Shown here in pieces: positions 38,737 to 48,161 of a DNA stretch of 64,000 nucleotides; positions within the stretch are counted from its first letter, which is position 1, and each line of letters opens with the position of its first letter. The DNA is from Actinomycetes bacterium. Lineage in GTDB: Bacteria; Actinomycetota; Coriobacteriia; Anaerosomatales; JAGXFU01. The position numbers were made by a program, and so were the translations under genes. The notes below the pieces were generated by a model. The model saw only the letters and a program-made list of their open reading frames with translations. It searched no databases and had not been told where the DNA came from. Location of the stretch: positions 2,317 through 66,316 of the forward strand of contig JAGXFU010000010.1 of NCBI GenBank assembly GCA_024637115.1, written 5' to 3'.

Positions 38737-41526
38737 ATGCCGCTGACATTGATTACAGGAAGGGCTAACTCAGGCAAGACGGGTGAGCTCCACGCGGCGC
38801 TGAGAGAAGCGCTGCGACTCGGACAGCGTGCGGCACTTGTGCTGCCCAGTGCGCCGGATGTTGAGCGCGCAGCCGAGGAGTTCCACTCCGAACAGCTAGA
38901 GTCATTATCGATCGTTACCCTCGATTCCTGGATCATGGAAGTCTGGTCACTCTTTGGTGACGGTCGCAGATTCGTCGGCGACGTCACGCGCAAGGCGTTG
39001 CTCACTCAAGCTCTCGATGTCCCTCAGGATCTACATCTCGCTGCAGCGGTCCGAACACCCGGATTCCTCCAACTCCTCGGACAATTCGCGAGGGAAGCGA
39101 GTCCGAGCAGACGAGCAGAGCAGGCCGATGAGGTCACTGTGGTGATTAGGCGAACACTCGAAACATACTGGCAATTATTGTCAGATTCGGGATTGATAGA
39201 GCCGCTTGAGGCGGTTGAGGTACTCATCGCCCAGCCACCACGCATCGTGGATCTGGTCGTGGCGAATCGATTCACTGACTTGAGCGCGCTTCAGGAGGAA
39301 TTCCTGGTGGGTATGAGCCGTGAGATAGATGTGCGTTTGGCTCTTCCGTGGGAAAAGGCCTTTCCGGCCACAGAGGCGCTGGACTCCCTGGTTGGGCGTA
39401 TTTCCGCACTCGGATGTACGCGCCACATTCCGACACCACCGGCTCGTACGGAGTTGGAGCGACTAGAGAGCTTTCTGTATACATCGGTCTCCCAGCCGCT
39501 CACATCTGAAGGGCAGGTGCTCCTGGCCGAAGCAGCAGGAGAAGAGGCGGAGATAGCGCTGGCCACGGAAATCGTAGCCGATGAGATCGAAGCGGGTCGC
39601 TCACCGGATCGAATCGCGGTCGTATTCCGTGATGCTTCGAGCCGTCGCAACTCCCTGTTATCGGCCTTTGCGCATTCAGGGATACCGGTCTCCCTCGATA
39701 TCTCGAGGAGCTTCCGAGAAGGGGAGTACGGCCGTGCTGCGCTAGCGCTCCTGTCACAGTGTGGGGCGGGCCATCCAGAGCGCATATCATTACTCGGCTT
39801 TTTGCTGAGCCCATATTCGTTTGCCGCGTCCGAGGATGTTCAAGTACTCGACGCTCACTGGAGACGCAATCGCACTCAGGGAGGTGCGCTCATTGCGCAG
39901 GCAAAGCAGGCGCTCGGGAGGCGAACTGCTGCGCTCTTGGAGCTGGCGCACAACGTGATGAACTCGGCCGACGTGCATGGACATGATAGTGAATGGAAAG
40001 ATGTGGCAGGACTCATGTTCGCTTCTGCCGAGGAGCGCTTCAGGACTGATGAGTCGAGGCTGCGGAGAGATGCGGCGGCGCATCGGACGTTTTGCAGGGT
40101 CGTCTCCGAGGCGTGCGACGCACGCCGCTTATCCATCGGCCCGGCTGACATTGTTGCTGCGCTGCAGTCGGTTTCCGTTCATGAGCCGGTAGAGGAGGTG
40201 GGGAGTGCCGTTCTTGTCACCGAAGCGCACAGACTGCGGGCTCTTCGCTTCGATGTGGTTATCATCGGCGGTCTCACCGCCTCGGAGTTCTCCTCGGACA
40301 AACCTCCATCGCTAAAGAACGAATTGGCTGAGGGGGTCGGTGCAAAGCATATGGGAGAAGACCGATTGCGGGAGCGCCTCCTGTTCTACTCGCTGGCTTC
40401 ACGTGCCAAAGAGAAGCTGATTCTCCTTCGCCAAGTCGTGGATTCCGAGGGACAAGATCGACGACCCTCCGTGTTTTGGGATGAGGTTGTCGATCTCTAT
40501 TCGAGACCTGACGGAGATGAGGCCGGACCTCCGGTTCGTCGACTTACGATGATGGACGTGGGGAGTGCCGCGCCCGCGTATGCCAGGGGACGACGAAGTG
40601 AGCGCAATCGTGTCGTTCCACACAGCCTGCCTAACAAGGGGCTCATGGATGATGAGGTTCTTGCCTCGCTGGCATCGCTCGAGGAGTTCTCGATCACCGA
40701 GCTCGAGACATATCTTGCATGCCCGCGGCGCTGGTTTCACGAGAGGATGATCCGTCCTCGCGATCTTGATCGTGAATTCGATGCGCGTGAGGCAGGCAGC
40801 CTCGTCCATAGAGCAATGGCACGATTCTATGAACTCCTGCCGGGGGAGACCGGGGCAGCACGCGTCACGGCGGAGAATATTGAGCCGGCGCTTTCGCTCG
40901 CCGACACAGTACTGTCAGAGGTCAGCCAACGCTCGGTCACTGTTCAGACCCTGACAGAGGAGTTGGCTCTCGCTCGCGCGCACAAGCGCGTGAGAGCGGC
41001 GATACGACAAGATGCGGCTCTCTTGGCATCAATGGTCCCCGTATGCCATGAGTTGGCCTTTGGTGATGCGGTAGGTACCCCTGTCGACATCGGTGGGGCG
41101 CGACTGCGCGGGAGAATCGACCGAGTGGATCAATCCTCCGCCGGTGTTCTTGTGACAGATTACAAGACAGGTAGCGTTCGAGGGTGGAAGACGTTCGCCC
41201 AGAAGCAGTTGATCCAGGTACCGCTGTACGCATGGGTGGCCGGTCAGATCTACGAAACAGAGATACTCGGCGGTGTCTATCGGTCCTTTTCAAGTGGATC
41301 ACTACGGGGCTTCTGGCGCTCAGATGTGCTCGATCTGTGCGCCGAAGGCAGCGCTGTGGACGGTGTGGGGCGCGAGGAGATGGCAGCTGTGATCGCGGAT
41401 GCACTTGAATTGGCGAAGTGCGCCGTGGCAGGCATTAGAGCCGGAGAGATTCAGGCGTGTCCCGGCTCGAATATGGCGTGCTCTTTCTGCGAGCTGGCCA
41501 CCGTGTGCGAGGTGACGTGCCAGTGA
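38737..41526 (+). CDS. addB: AddB/AdnA-like helicase-nuclease subunit with C-terminal PD-(D/E)xK nuclease
   Basis: GRANSGKT, LETYLACP, LRGRIDRVD, DYKTG, QVPLY, CSFC..C. Confidence 0.85.
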   Translation: MPLTLITGRANSGKTGELHAALREALRLGQRAALVLPSAPDVERAAEEFHSEQLESLSIVTLDSWIMEVWSLFGDGRRFVGDVTRKALLTQALDVPQDLHLAAAVRTPGFLQLLGQFAREASPSRRAEQADEVTVVIRRTLETYWQLLSDSGLIEPLEAVEVLIAQPPRIVDLVVANRFTDLSALQEEFLVGMSREIDVRLALPWEKAFPATEALDSLVGRISALGCTRHIPTPPARTELERLESFLYTSVSQPLTSEGQVLLAEAAGEEAEIALATEIVADEIEAGRSPDRIAVVFRDASSRRNSLLSAFAHSGIPVSLDISRSFREGEYGRAALALLSQCGAGHPERISLLGFLLSPYSFAASEDVQVLDAHWRRNRTQGGALIAQAKQALGRRTAALLELAHNVMNSADVHGHDSEWKDVAGLMFASAEERFRTDESRLRRDAAAHRTFCRVVSEACDARRLSIGPADIVAALQSVSVHEPVEEVGSAVLVTEAHRLRALRFDVVIIGGLTASEFSSDKPPSLKNELAEGVGAKHMGEDRLRERLLFYSLASRAKEKLILLRQVVDSEGQDRRPSVFWDEVVDLYSRPDGDEAGPPVRRLTMMDVGSAAPAYARGRRSERNRVVPHSLPNKGLMDDEVLASLASLEEFSITELETYLACPRRWFHERMIRPRDLDREFDAREAGSLVHRAMARFYELLPGETGAARVTAENIEPALSLADTVLSEVSQRSVTVQTLTEELALARAHKRVRAAIRQDAALLASMVPVCHELAFGDAVGTPVDIGGARLRGRIDRVDQSSAGVLVTDYKTGSVRGWKTFAQKQLIQVPLYAWVAGQIYETEILGGVYRSFSSGSLRGFWRSDVLDLCAEGSAVDGVGREEMAAVIADALELAKCAVAGIRAGEIQACPGSNMACSFCELATVCEVTCQ

Positions 41527-44500
41527 CACTCTCCCTCAACACCGAACAACTGAAGGCGGCCGAGGCTCTCGACGGGCCGGTCATGATCAACGCGGGCGCC
41601 GGCACCGGAAAGACGCGCACGCTGACAGAACGTCTGGTCCGCGCTGTGGTGCCCGACGCTATTGCGGGTTGGCTCTCGGTCGATACGAGTGAGGTTGTAG
41701 CGATCACCTTCACAGAGAAAGCCGCCGGCGAACTCGGCGAACGCGTTCGCGGGACCCTGCGTGACCTGGGCCGGAGCGACCTCGCTCGTGGCGTCGATAC
41801 GGCTTGGATATCCACGATCCACTCGTTCTGCAGTCGAATCCTACACAGGCATGCGCTTGAGGCTGGCATTGACCCCGCGTTCACCGTGCTGCGTGGGGTG
41901 CGTGCCGGAACGGCCCGGGAGAAGGCATTCGAGGATGCCGCTCGCGAACTGCTGCAGTCGCAGCAGGGGGCTGACTTGCTTGATGGGTACTCGTACGGAG
42001 CTCTCTATCAGGCTGTGGAAGGCGTGCGGTCGGCGGTGTTTGCGCACGGGCTGGATCTCTCGCACGTGGTGGCCGAAGAGATGCGCCGGCCGTCGGACCT
42101 GCTTTCAGAGGCCCGTAGTTACTTCACGCAGGCACACGAGGAACTTCAAACATGTGAGCTCAAGAGCGTGTCTATGTCCGCACACGCTGAGCAGTGCGAA
42201 TCAACCAGCCGAGCGCTATTTGAGATTCCGGATGATGCTGATGCGGCTCAGGTAGGAGCTCTAGTTGGTCGAGCTCTTGGCAACTACGCACAGAAGCGAG
42301 GCGTGAAGGCGCATGCTGACCTGTGTGCCGACATCGTGGAGACCCGCGCGCGACTCGCGTCTGAGGCTGCTGCGCTTGAAGCCCATGACAGCGTAGACGC
42401 ATTCATTCAACTCGCGCGGCTATATACCGTTCGCTACAGCGCAGAGAAGAACGAACTCAGCGCGCTTGATTTCGATGATCTGCAGAGCCTGACGCTGCAG
42501 TTGCTCAACGAGCGCCCTGAGATCGCTGAGAAGTACAGACACCTGTTCAAACTCGTCATGGTCGATGAATTCCAGGATACGGACAGACTTCAACTCGCCC
42601 TCATCCGAGCGGTGACTCAGGAGAACCTGTGTACCGTTGGCGACGAGCGGCAGTCGATCTATAGATTTCGCGGGGCGGACGTACATGTGTATCGCGCCCA
42701 CAATGATGAGATGAGACGTCGGGGCGCTCGTGAGATCGCGCTCACGGTGAACTATCGCTCTCACCCGGGTGTCATCGCGTTCGTCAATCAGCTGTTTGGA
42801 AGTAGGGAGCTATTCGGGCCGGATGGCCTGATCGAACTACACGCCGGCAGGACAGAGCCTGAGATCCCCGCGTTTGGCACGAAAGAACCCCGCTGCGAAC
42901 TGCTGCTCGTTGACCAGACGAGCAGTTCGCGGGGACCGGCGCGTCATACAGAAGCCGACGAGGTTGCCACGCGCTTCAAGTCGCTTCTCGGCAGATTCGC
43001 ACCGTCACAGATGGTGATACTGCTGCGCTCGTACCGACACGCGGCGGTATATGCCGAGGCGTTGCAGAAACAAGGCATTCCCGCGCTCATTGTGGGCGGT
43101 AGCAGGTTCTTCGGGCTAGCGGAGGTCTCGTACTTGCGGGCGCTGGTCAGGCTCCTGGCTAATCCACACGATGACGCTGCCTTCGTGCGGTTTCTCGAGT
43201 CTCCGCTCGTCGGGCTGAGCCCGGACGGCCTCTGGAGATTGGCGGCCGGAGTCGCCGACAACTCCGGCTCGGGCGGGATGTGGGCGGCGGCACCGTCCAT
43301 TACAGGCCTTGTCGCTGCCGATGAGGTGGCGTTGAGCCGCGCCTGTAAGACCTTGCGTCTGGCGCGAGAGCGGGTTGGATCATGCGGGCTCGACGAGATC
43401 ATCTTGAGAGTTGTCGAGGAGTTGGACTACGACAGATATCTCCTCGGGAGTGGCGACGTGGGACGGCAAACGTACGCAAACGTCCTAAAGTTTGCCAGGA
43501 TGGCCGCCGAGTTCGATCGTCTTGAGCGGGGTGGGCCTGCGGCTTTCGGCGCTCATCTTGATGCGAGCGAACGACTCGGCGAGCACGAGAGCCCGGCTGC
43601 CTTGTCAGACGATCGTTCGCCCGCAGTGAGAATCATGAGCGTTCACGCATCCAAGGGCTTGGAATTCCCCGTGGTCGCGGTGGTGGAGCTTGCAGGAGGC
43701 GTGCGCGGTGATGAAGGTATCGTGCGGTGTCGGCGCGAAGGAGATCTCCTTCGGGTTGCTCTCTCCGTTGCTTCGTGGGATGGCGAGTCGGTGCCAAAGA
43801 GCCCGCTGTTCGAGGAGATCTCCAAGACCTCCAAGGAAGAGGAGATCGAAGAGGTCAAACGGGTCTTGTATGTGGCGTGCACCCGCGCTCAGGAGTTCTT
43901 ACTTCTCTCAGGAAGCACAGGTCTGTCCAAGCCTGCGACCCAAGAGGCCCCTATAGCGTGGATTCGGCGCGCGTTTAGCCTGGACGCGTGTGCGGGGGGC
44001 GTCGAATCGATTATCAACCTGGAGGCAGGACAGACCGTGCGTGTGAGGTCTGTGCCGGAGGCACCCGTCGAGCAGGACGTGCAAATGCTCACTGCGGAGA
44101 CGAACGATCTTCAGCGAGCTGGCGACATACCGACCCCCTCACGAGAGGTCGCTCCTGCGCTCGCCGTTGATCTAAGCCCCAAACCGCATCTTCAACACAT
44201 TACCTACAGCGACATCGGAGAGTTCGAGACGTGCGCCCTGAAGTATCGAGCGACTCGGCAGTGGCGACTAGGAGCGATCGATTCTGGCGCGGGCTCCGGG
44301 CATCCTCTTGCGTTCGGCTCGGCCCTTCACGCGGTACTTCAAGTGGTGATGGCCGGTCTGGCTCAGGCGGGGGAGCGGACGGATCAGATCGCCCGATATC
44401 ACGGCCTCGCGGACGAGGACCTCGACCGTCTCAAGCACGCAGAGCGAGCGTTCGTTCAGTCGCAGTTGGCGCGGAGCATTCGAGCCTGTGATCAGGTGGT

Positions 44501-44942
44501 GACCGAGGCACCCTTTGCCGTTGAACTTTGCGCGGACGGCGGAGGCCGATTCATGCTGACGGGTTCGATCGATCTCCTGGGTTGGGCTGGTGATCGAATC
44601 ACCATCGTCGACTACAAGACAGGCGTTTCGGGCGAAGAGAGCGAACTTGCCGAGCGGTATCGCACCCAAGCCCGTTGCTACGCGCTTGCCGCACTCAGTC
44701 AGGGAGCTGCCTCTGTGGAGCTGCACTTCGTTCGACCGGAAGTGCTGGCAGATGACGGCGAGCCGCAGAAGGTGACCTTCGAGTTCCACACCAAGGACAT
44801 CGATGAACTCACGGCATACGTCGTGGATGCGTATCGAAAGTTGGATGCGGGTGTGTATGAACCGCTCAGCGTGTGGAATGAACGATCGTGCGGATCCTGC
44901 CCCATTGCCGGAAACGTGTGCCGGGTTTCGCGGCGTACGTGA
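41523..44942 (+). CDS. addA: AddA/AdnB-like UvrD helicase-nuclease subunit
   Basis: AGAGTGKT, TFTEKAA, VDEFQD, GDERQSIYRFRGA, HASKGLEF, LYVACTRA, GSIDL..DYKTG. Confidence 0.88.
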   Translation: MTLSLNTEQLKAAEALDGPVMINAGAGTGKTRTLTERLVRAVVPDAIAGWLSVDTSEVVAITFTEKAAGELGERVRGTLRDLGRSDLARGVDTAWISTIHSFCSRILHRHALEAGIDPAFTVLRGVRAGTAREKAFEDAARELLQSQQGADLLDGYSYGALYQAVEGVRSAVFAHGLDLSHVVAEEMRRPSDLLSEARSYFTQAHEELQTCELKSVSMSAHAEQCESTSRALFEIPDDADAAQVGALVGRALGNYAQKRGVKAHADLCADIVETRARLASEAAALEAHDSVDAFIQLARLYTVRYSAEKNELSALDFDDLQSLTLQLLNERPEIAEKYRHLFKLVMVDEFQDTDRLQLALIRAVTQENLCTVGDERQSIYRFRGADVHVYRAHNDEMRRRGAREIALTVNYRSHPGVIAFVNQLFGSRELFGPDGLIELHAGRTEPEIPAFGTKEPRCELLLVDQTSSSRGPARHTEADEVATRFKSLLGRFAPSQMVILLRSYRHAAVYAEALQKQGIPALIVGGSRFFGLAEVSYLRALVRLLANPHDDAAFVRFLESPLVGLSPDGLWRLAAGVADNSGSGGMWAAAPSITGLVAADEVALSRACKTLRLARERVGSCGLDEIILRVVEELDYDRYLLGSGDVGRQTYANVLKFARMAAEFDRLERGGPAAFGAHLDASERLGEHESPAALSDDRSPAVRIMSVHASKGLEFPVVAVVELAGGVRGDEGIVRCRREGDLLRVALSVASWDGESVPKSPLFEEISKTSKEEEIEEVKRVLYVACTRAQEFLLLSGSTGLSKPATQEAPIAWIRRAFSLDACAGGVESIINLEAGQTVRVRSVPEAPVEQDVQMLTAETNDLQRAGDIPTPSREVAPALAVDLSPKPHLQHITYSDIGEFETCALKYRATRQWRLGAIDSGAGSGHPLAFGSALHAVLQVVMAGLAQAGERTDQIARYHGLADEDLDRLKHAERAFVQSQLARSIRACDQVVTEAPFAVELCADGGGRFMLTGSIDLLGWAGDRITIVDYKTGVSGEESELAERYRTQARCYALAALSQGAASVELHFVRPEVLADDGEPQKVTFEFHTKDIDELTAYVVDAYRKLDAGVYEPLSVWNERSCGSCPIAGNVCRVSRRT

Positions 44943-44951
44943 ACCCCCGGT

Positions 44952-45998
44952 CTAGTTCCCCACGTGTTTCTGACTCAGCTGTCCGCACGCCGCGTCGATG
45001 TCCGCGCCACGTTCGGTTCGAATGGTTGCTTCTGTACCTGATTTGTCCAGGAGGCGGACGATCTCAGCTGCCCGCTTTGTAGAAGCCGGCGAATGGCGGG
45101 AGTGCGCGACTGGATTAAGTGGGATCAAGTTCACATGGCACAGCAGACCGCGTGCGAAGTTGCGCAGTGAGTCGATCTGCTTCGGCGTGTCCGTCACTCC
45201 GGCCATGAGCGCGTACTCCAATGACACACGCCGACCTGTCGCTGCGGTGTAGTCGACGATTGCTGCTCGTAGTTGATGAAGGTCGCTCGCCTTGACCCCT
45301 GGCATAAGTTCATCGCGTGTTTCCTGAACTGCGGAATGCAACGATATCGCGAGGGTGAATTGCTCGGGCTCACCTGAAAGCCTCTGGATGCCCGGTACGA
45401 GTCCGCACGTGGAAACCGTGAGGTGACGGGCACCGATACCAAGGCCGTCGGGGCTGTTCATGAGGCGAAGAGCGCCCATGACCGCATCGTAGTTTGCGAA
45501 TGGTTCACCTTGCCCCATCGCGACGGCGTTGCTCACCCGACTGCCAAAATCCTCGCCAACGAGGCGCACCTGGTCAACGATTTCCCCGACTGCCAGGTTG
45601 CGTTTGAGGCCGCCTGCACCCGTTGCGCAAAAACTGCACCCCATGCCGCAGCCCGCCTGGGTGGAAAAGCAGACAGTGAGTCTCTCGGGTGTGGGAAGGC
45701 CCACGCTTTCCACCGTCGCACCGTCACCAAGGCCCCACAGGTACTTACGGGTGCCATCGACGGCGGAGACTTGTCTGTCGAGCAGGGTGGGCACGGGCAG
45801 GGTGTAGCGGTCAGACAGTCGCTGGCGGAGAGAAGCAGGTACATCGGTCATCTCATCCCAGCTGCCCGCTCCTTTGCCATAGAGCCAGCGCACTATCTGG
45901 TGTGCCCGATATCGGGGTTCTCCGAGTTCGGAGATAAGGCGTTCGAGCCCGCTGGGCCCGAACGCCTTGATTCCCGCGATAGTCGAGAGATTCGTCAC
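44952..45998 (-). CDS. rlmN: 23S rRNA m2A2503 / tRNA radical SAM methyltransferase
   Basis: CGMGCSFC, MGQGEP, ISLH, DIDAACGQL; start likely GTG 45998. Confidence 0.92.
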   Translation of the reverse strand: MTNLSTIAGIKAFGPSGLERLISELGEPRYRAHQIVRWLYGKGAGSWDEMTDVPASLRQRLSDRYTLPVPTLLDRQVSAVDGTRKYLWGLGDGATVESVGLPTPERLTVCFSTQAGCGMGCSFCATGAGGLKRNLAVGEIVDQVRLVGEDFGSRVSNAVAMGQGEPFANYDAVMGALRLMNSPDGLGIGARHLTVSTCGLVPGIQRLSGEPEQFTLAISLHSAVQETRDELMPGVKASDLHQLRAAIVDYTAATGRRVSLEYALMAGVTDTPKQIDSLRNFARGLLCHVNLIPLNPVAHSRHSPASTKRAAEIVRLLDKSGTEATIRTERGADIDAACGQLSQKHVGN

Positions 45999-46002
45999 GA
46001 TT

Positions 46003-46515
46003 CTATGATTCGAGATCCTCAAGAGCGGAACGATACTCGTCTCGATGCTCTGTCTCGAAGCTCCCAACAGAGCGGAAGTAGAACGCTATGTCATCAAAGC
46101 CCTCGGCCTCCGCGGTCTCAGCAAAGCCGGGATACATGTCCGTGCTCTCGAAGTCCTCACCACCGACGGCGGTGGCTAGATTCTGCGCGGTGGTGCCGAA
46201 CCCGCCCATATACGCGAGGTGTCCCAGGGCATGCGCAGTTTCTTCACGCGCCGCCCGGTCGAACGCATCGAGTACCGACTGCGGGGCACCTTCGAGTTCC
46301 GCGATGCGCCGGAACAGCGTATACATGCGATTCGCCTGGGACTCGCCGGCGAAGGCCGCCTGGAGGTTTTCAAACGTCTTAGTACCCGAGAGATCGCCCT
46401 CGACACCCGAGTATTCGACGAACATTGTGCGGGGCGCCCCGCAAACGGGGCAGCTCTCAGGTGCACGGCCTATGTGAAAGTAGCCGCAACCTTTACAACG
46501 ATACGATTCCACCAT
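46003..46515 (-). CDS. Reverse rubrerythrin (N-terminal rubredoxin plus diiron domain)
   Basis: CKGCG..CPVCG, then AFAGESQA, EETAH, ETEH. Confidence 0.9.
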   Translation of the reverse strand: MVESYRCKGCGYFHIGRAPESCPVCGAPRTMFVEYSGVEGDLSGTKTFENLQAAFAGESQANRMYTLFRRIAELEGAPQSVLDAFDRAAREETAHALGHLAYMGGFGTTAQNLATAVGGEDFESTDMYPGFAETAEAEGFDDIAFYFRSVGSFETEHRDEYRSALEDLES

Positions 46516-46679
46516 GTTTCTCTCCTTACGGCCCTACGGTCGGGAGTTGCTAGGATACATTACGTATGACGGTCTATTCCCAACGGGAGCGTTTTTGGTG
46601 GGCAGAGCGGGTAGAAGGAGTCATCCGCGCAATCAGAAACGTCCTTGAGTTGCTGGCGATGCCGGAATGGAGAATACGA

Positions 46680-48047
46680 ATGAGGTCTACTACACGATTG
46701 TTTCTTCTCGCTGTAATCGCAGGAACGGTATTCCTGGGCTCGGGCTCGGCCTACGCACTTCCTGAAATAGGATCAGAGGCCTTTCTTCCCGTCACGGGCT
46801 GCGGCTGTCACTCGAGTCTCATAGAGGATTGGCAGCCGTCGATGCATGCAAAGGCCCTGAGCGATCCGCTGTACATGCTCAAACGGGATGAAGCAAACCG
46901 GGCAACAGACGGAGAGCTGGGTGAATTCTGCGACTCGTGTCATGGGCCGATCGCGGTAATGTCCGGCGAGAATGCCGATCTTGCCACGGCCAGCCCTCAG
47001 AGCCTCCAGGGCGTTGTGTGCGATTTCTGTCATCAGGTCACCGGCACCAACGATCCGCTGGGCAACGTATCCCAGATTCTTGAGGCCGATGGTACTAAGC
47101 GAGCCCAGTTTGACGATGCGAATTCGCCGGCGCACGAGACGGCGTATTCGGCCTTTCACGAGAGCGCACAGTTCTGCGGAGCATGCCACAATGTCGATCA
47201 TCCCACGAATGGCCTGCATCTCGAGTCGACGTACACCGAGTGGAGTGAGGGGCCGTACGCGGCCGAGGGAATCGTGTGTCAAGACTGTCACATGACGTTT
47301 GGTCCCGGAGTCACCAAACCGTATCCGGGAACCGCTGCCGCAGGTGGGCCACAGCGAGATCACGTGTATCTCATGACGTTCGTTGGCGGTAATGTGGGTC
47401 TGGGTGATTCCGTCCTTGCCGAGGAGCGACTGAAGGCAGCGGCTACCCTTACGCTCTCCGTCGACGAGATCGTTGCCCCGGGCGATATGGCCGAGATCGC
47501 AACTACGATTACGAACGTTGGAGCGGGACACTACATCCCAACAGGTCTCACCGAGGTCCGGGAGATGTGGCTCGAGGTCAAAGCCGTGTATCCCGATGGA
47601 GTCGAGGAGGTCCTCGGCACGCATGAATTCGGAAGCATCCTGAAGGATGCCGAGGGCAACTCCCCCGCTGAACTCTGGGAAGCGGTGGCGTTCGAGAAGG
47701 ACGATCGAATCCCCCCCAGGGAGTCGGTCACAGACACCTTTGAATTCACCATGCCGGAGCGCGATGAAGCAGAGATTCAGGCCGCGCTCTTCTATCGTTC
47801 ATGCTCCGAAGAGATGGCCGAGAAGGCGGGCGTTGAGATTCCCACAACGACCATGGCCTCGGCATCGCAAGCGGTGTATGGGTCAGACGCTATCGCCTCG
47901 GCTGCAAAGACATCTGAAGGCGGCGGGGACGGCGGCTCGAACGGACTGCTGTTGAGCATGGCTGTCGTGGGTCTGGCGCTTGGCGTGGGGACCGTTGGTT
48001 GGTTTGCTCTTCGTGGTCGCAAGGGGAGCTCCTCGGCGGAAGGGTAA
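46680..48047 (+). CDS. Secreted, C-terminally anchored multiheme cytochrome c (c554-like; 4 CxxCH plus 1 CGCH)
   Basis: Signal peptide ending AYA; CGCH, CDSCH, CDFCH, CGACH, CQDCH; GAGHYIPTG; C-terminal TM plus RGRK. Confidence 0.88.
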   Translation: MRSTTRLFLLAVIAGTVFLGSGSAYALPEIGSEAFLPVTGCGCHSSLIEDWQPSMHAKALSDPLYMLKRDEANRATDGELGEFCDSCHGPIAVMSGENADLATASPQSLQGVVCDFCHQVTGTNDPLGNVSQILEADGTKRAQFDDANSPAHETAYSAFHESAQFCGACHNVDHPTNGLHLESTYTEWSEGPYAAEGIVCQDCHMTFGPGVTKPYPGTAAAGGPQRDHVYLMTFVGGNVGLGDSVLAEERLKAAATLTLSVDEIVAPGDMAEIATTITNVGAGHYIPTGLTEVREMWLEVKAVYPDGVEEVLGTHEFGSILKDAEGNSPAELWEAVAFEKDDRIPPRESVTDTFEFTMPERDEAEIQAALFYRSCSEEMAEKAGVEIPTTTMASASQAVYGSDAIASAAKTSEGGGDGGSNGLLLSMAVVGLALGVGTVGWFALRGRKGSSSAEG

Positions 48048-48091
48048 GCCGGACATACGCTACGTGAGTCACCAGAGGCAGAGCGTACAAA

Positions 48092-48121
48092 GAGAGACCC
48101 CGCAGGATGGCGGGGTCTCTC
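48092..48121. terminator. Hairpin terminator between the convergent cytochrome and htrA genes
   Basis: GAGAGACCCCGC/GCGGGGTCTCTC 12-bp stem. Confidence 0.7.
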
Positions 48122-48161
48122 GTAATGTAGCGGCTGTGCGTATCGCCTGAACCGGAGCGTC

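Noticed and set aside
46003-46067. Apparent 65-nt overlap of rlmN and rubrerythrin
   Set aside because: It disappears when rlmN starts at GTG 45998
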